Below are positions 61,393 through 64,000 of a DNA stretch of 64,000 nucleotides, piece after piece. The position numbers were made by a program, and so were the translations under genes. Under the pieces are notes generated by a model. That model saw only the letters and a program-made list of their open reading frames with translations, did no database searches and was not told the origin of the DNA. The first letter of the stretch is position 1, and each line of letters starts with the position of its first letter. The DNA lies in the NCBI GenBank assembly GCA_024704765.1, contig JAKMXF010000003.1:124001-188000 (forward strand). The letters run 5' to 3'. This stretch comes from Oopsacas minuta (taxonomy: Eukaryota; Animalia; Porifera).

Positions 61393-62965
61393 ATGTGTGC
61401 GAGACGATTTACTATTGAAGAAATTCCTCTCACAGAACTGGATCACACTGCTTATGCAGTACTCTCCAGACATCTAGATGCTCTACACACACGTAGAAAG
61501 GATTGGAAAGGAATAGCTAAAGCAATTAACCTAGATTATAAGGAAATGAATTTGGTAGAAGCTTCTAACGAGCATATGAAGAAGCTAATTGAAATATGGA
61601 ATAGATCACCACCTTATCCGGTACTCAAGGATTTGTTAGAAGTATTAGAAGAATTGGGTTGTGATTTAGTTATTACTGAGTTAAGAGAATGTTTTGAGGT
61701 GAGAAATACAGTGGACTGTTCGCCAATTAGCATGTCGATAATTGCGCGATTTCCCCTTGCTAATAGCGGAATTATTTCCAATACAAATGGACTCTTAAGT
61801 TTCTTGAAAAAACTAACTAGCAGGCGAACACCACTGTATGTATTCATTTTCAATACACTTTTCAGAGTTGAGAATGGTGTCACAATTGATAAACATTCCT
61901 GCCATTATTTTAGACTCTACCTTGTACGAATAAGAAAACTTCATCTATAACTCACGATGTACCACCACAGCCTATTCAAGTATCAGGTCCAACTCTCATA
62001 AGCCCTCAAACAGTGACAACTAACAATAACTTACCAGTAAATACAGTTACAAATTATGATAGCTCTCCAATAGCAATACCTTCTAATTCGCCAGTTCCTA
62101 GCTCAAAAGAATATGAGACTATATCTAAACCAATAGTCACGGAAATGAGTGAGAAAGATTTACAAATTAAAGATGGATTTTTCGTGTCTTTTCACGAGAA
62201 CGATGCTCATATAGGAAGAGAAATTATCGATGAAATGAGGCAGAAAGGCATACAAATATATTCACAAGATGATATCTATGCGGGAGATTCGGAGATACAG
62301 CGACGTGAGGAATTATTCGTTATGTCTAAATCAGTCATAGCAGTTATATCACCTGATTATTGTGAGAAGGAAGGTTATCATCAGCTGGAGGCTCTGAGTA
62401 AATTAGTACCTTGTGAGTTGATTCTGGATATAGTCGCGATTTTTACTCGATTTTCAGATTTATCTGTACAGTCAACTCTCATTATATTGGAGCTCAAGGG
62501 ACCGTGATAATGACTTCGGTATAACTGATGTACTATATGTTACCATATTTGTACAATTCAGACTTCAATATAAGCGGGTATTTCGAAATATTCGTGTTCG
62601 ATATAACAAGATGCCACAATTATCGTAGTTATTGATATTTCAATCATTTACTCATATTATTTTCTATTGCTTATGAGAACCTGAAAGTACCAAATTCGAA
62701 CTCATGATAGCCATTGATAAAATGAGAAATTAAAGAATACCATTTTGCAAAAATTTTGCTCTGATTCTACACATATCCGAGGTATCAGACATTTATTCAT
62801 ATTTATTATTTGTTATTATTTCTAGCTGTAGGCAAGAGGACATTCATTCCTGTGATATACAAGCAAGTAGAAGTTCTCCCCTCTTTCATTAGGACCAGAT
62901 CTAAAGTGGATTGGAGGAGACCTGATAAGTTTACACATTTGTACAATTCTATTAAAAATATCTGA
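61393..62965 (+). CDS. MYD88: MyD88-like adaptor (death domain + TIR), 3 exons
   Basis: Exons 61393-61698, 61914-62412 and 62826-62965 join in frame. Death domain (LSRHLD...DWKGIAKAINL...LIEIW...LLEVLEELG) and TIR (FFVSFHEND, DIYAG, VIAVISPDY, KRTFIPVIY). Confidence 0.8.
62469..62612. mobile_element. MITE family B (partial), in MyD88 intron 2
   Basis: TA|CAGTCAACTCTCATTATATTGGAGCTCAAGGGACCG...GTGTTCGATATAAC. Confidence 0.75.
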
Positions 62966-63845
62966 TTTTTTGATTTTCAGTTGTGTGTTCAACTGAATAG
63001 GTTTGTATATTTTGTTTTTTATCATATATTTCTACCAACAAAAGTCTTTCTATATTTTGAAACACCACAACAGTGATTAATTCTCATTTATGATATAGTG
63101 TAACCTCCACAAACGGGATGCCAGAGACGCCAAAAAGTTTCACAATAATATGACGTTACAAATATTACTCCAAATTGCTTTTACAACAACTTGGATAAAG
63201 CTTGAACAAAATTTTGGATTTTTCACATCCGCTGGCTCAATAAATATAGTAAACTTCCTGCTTTCCTAACGGATATTAATTCAAGTAAATTCTAGCAAAA
63301 TGAATACTCTAATAGTCTTATTTGGATATGGCACTTGCCATTCCATAATAACTAAATTTTCTTTATTATTAACTCACTTCTCTTATATTAATAATCTGTA
63401 ACTAATTCTATTTTAAAACACTTTTCAAGAAGCATTTCTAATTACCACAATTCTGAACCCATTTCTTAGTAAGAATTTAAATAACAGCTAAGAGAATCCA
63501 AAAGGCCAAATTCTATTAGTAATCGATACCACTCTCTTCTCTCAAATCTAGCTATCTCTCTTATAGACCTTGCACTAATTCAATTCATGATATGCCTATA
63601 GAACTTCCAATTTATTCTTATAAAAGCCAAGAATTTATGCAAATATTATCTATCCATTTCTTGCCATTTTTATAATTATTGCTTACATTTTTTATTGTAA
63701 ACATACAAAGAAGAACGGTAGTAGTTAATAGGTGTGAAAATGTATTTAATACTTTAGAAAACATTTCAATTCGTCTAGAAATGATATTATAAGAATTCTC
63801 GCTATTATTTGTCTCTCTCTTAGCTTTTTATTCCTAACATACGAA

Positions 63846-64000
63846 ATGTCTGTTGGAGCCAGAAGGATGAAGGGACAAGGTGACTACCAACAGCTGAGAA
63901 ATGAGCTCGAGGCGCTGAAACACAAACTAGCTCAATCACGAAACGCCGTAAAAGACCGCGAACTCCTTGACGTAGCAGGCAGTGTAGAGCCTCTGCCTAA
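63846..64000 (+). CDS. G-protein beta subunit N-terminal helix (GNB5/GNB1-like), truncated by the window end
   Basis: LRNELEALKHKLAQSRNAVKDRELLDVAGSVEPL resembles the G-beta N-terminal coiled coil; only about 51 codons are visible. Confidence 0.55.
   Translation, partial: MSVGARRMKGQGDYQQLRNELEALKHKLAQSRNAVKDRELLDVAGSVEPLP

Noticed and set aside
1-64000. CRISPR arrays, prophage, bacterial operons, rRNA, autonomous transposons or horizontally acquired genes
   Set aside because: No spaced direct-repeat array, rRNA or transposase/RT ORF was seen; all recognisable genes are typical eukaryotic ones.

Overview
Eukaryotic, not prokaryotic: AT-rich (roughly 35% GC by eye), very compact animal DNA with GT-AG introns. 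OTULIN, MyD88, RIM-BP, SNAP25 and MICU point to a metazoan; an early-branching animal such as a sponge is my inference, not something the sequence proves. I can build about 25 protein-coding gene models (DHCR24, two ADHFE1 paralogues, MRPS18, an OTULIN-like DUB, GGA, CHCHD2, BECN1, SNW1, PSMD2 with GFM2 nested in an intron, TMEM237, MICU2/3, a CD225/dispanin gene, ATP5PD, TBP, MTMR3/4, RIM-BP plus a coiled-coil-only paralogue, an unknown MGCGSS protein, SNAP25, PRR5-like, ECH1, MyD88-like and a partial G-beta), one tRNA-Arg(TCG), and many short non-autonomous DNA transposons (MITEs) of at least four families. The most striking feature is gene organisation. Fifteen unrelated genes run head-to-tail on the minus strand over about 43 kb and seven on the plus strand over about 13 kb. 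Spacers are as short as about 130 bp, a splice-acceptor-like AG precedes many start codons, and a single gene-free divergent switch region separates the two runs. This looks like operon-type or polycistronic transcription resolved by trans-splicing (inference). Both strand switches are marked by inverted paralogues. The inverted ADHFE1 pair shares a 407/408-identical tract including an intron, and one copy has lost two metal ligands. All exon coordinates were read by hand and may be off by a few bases.
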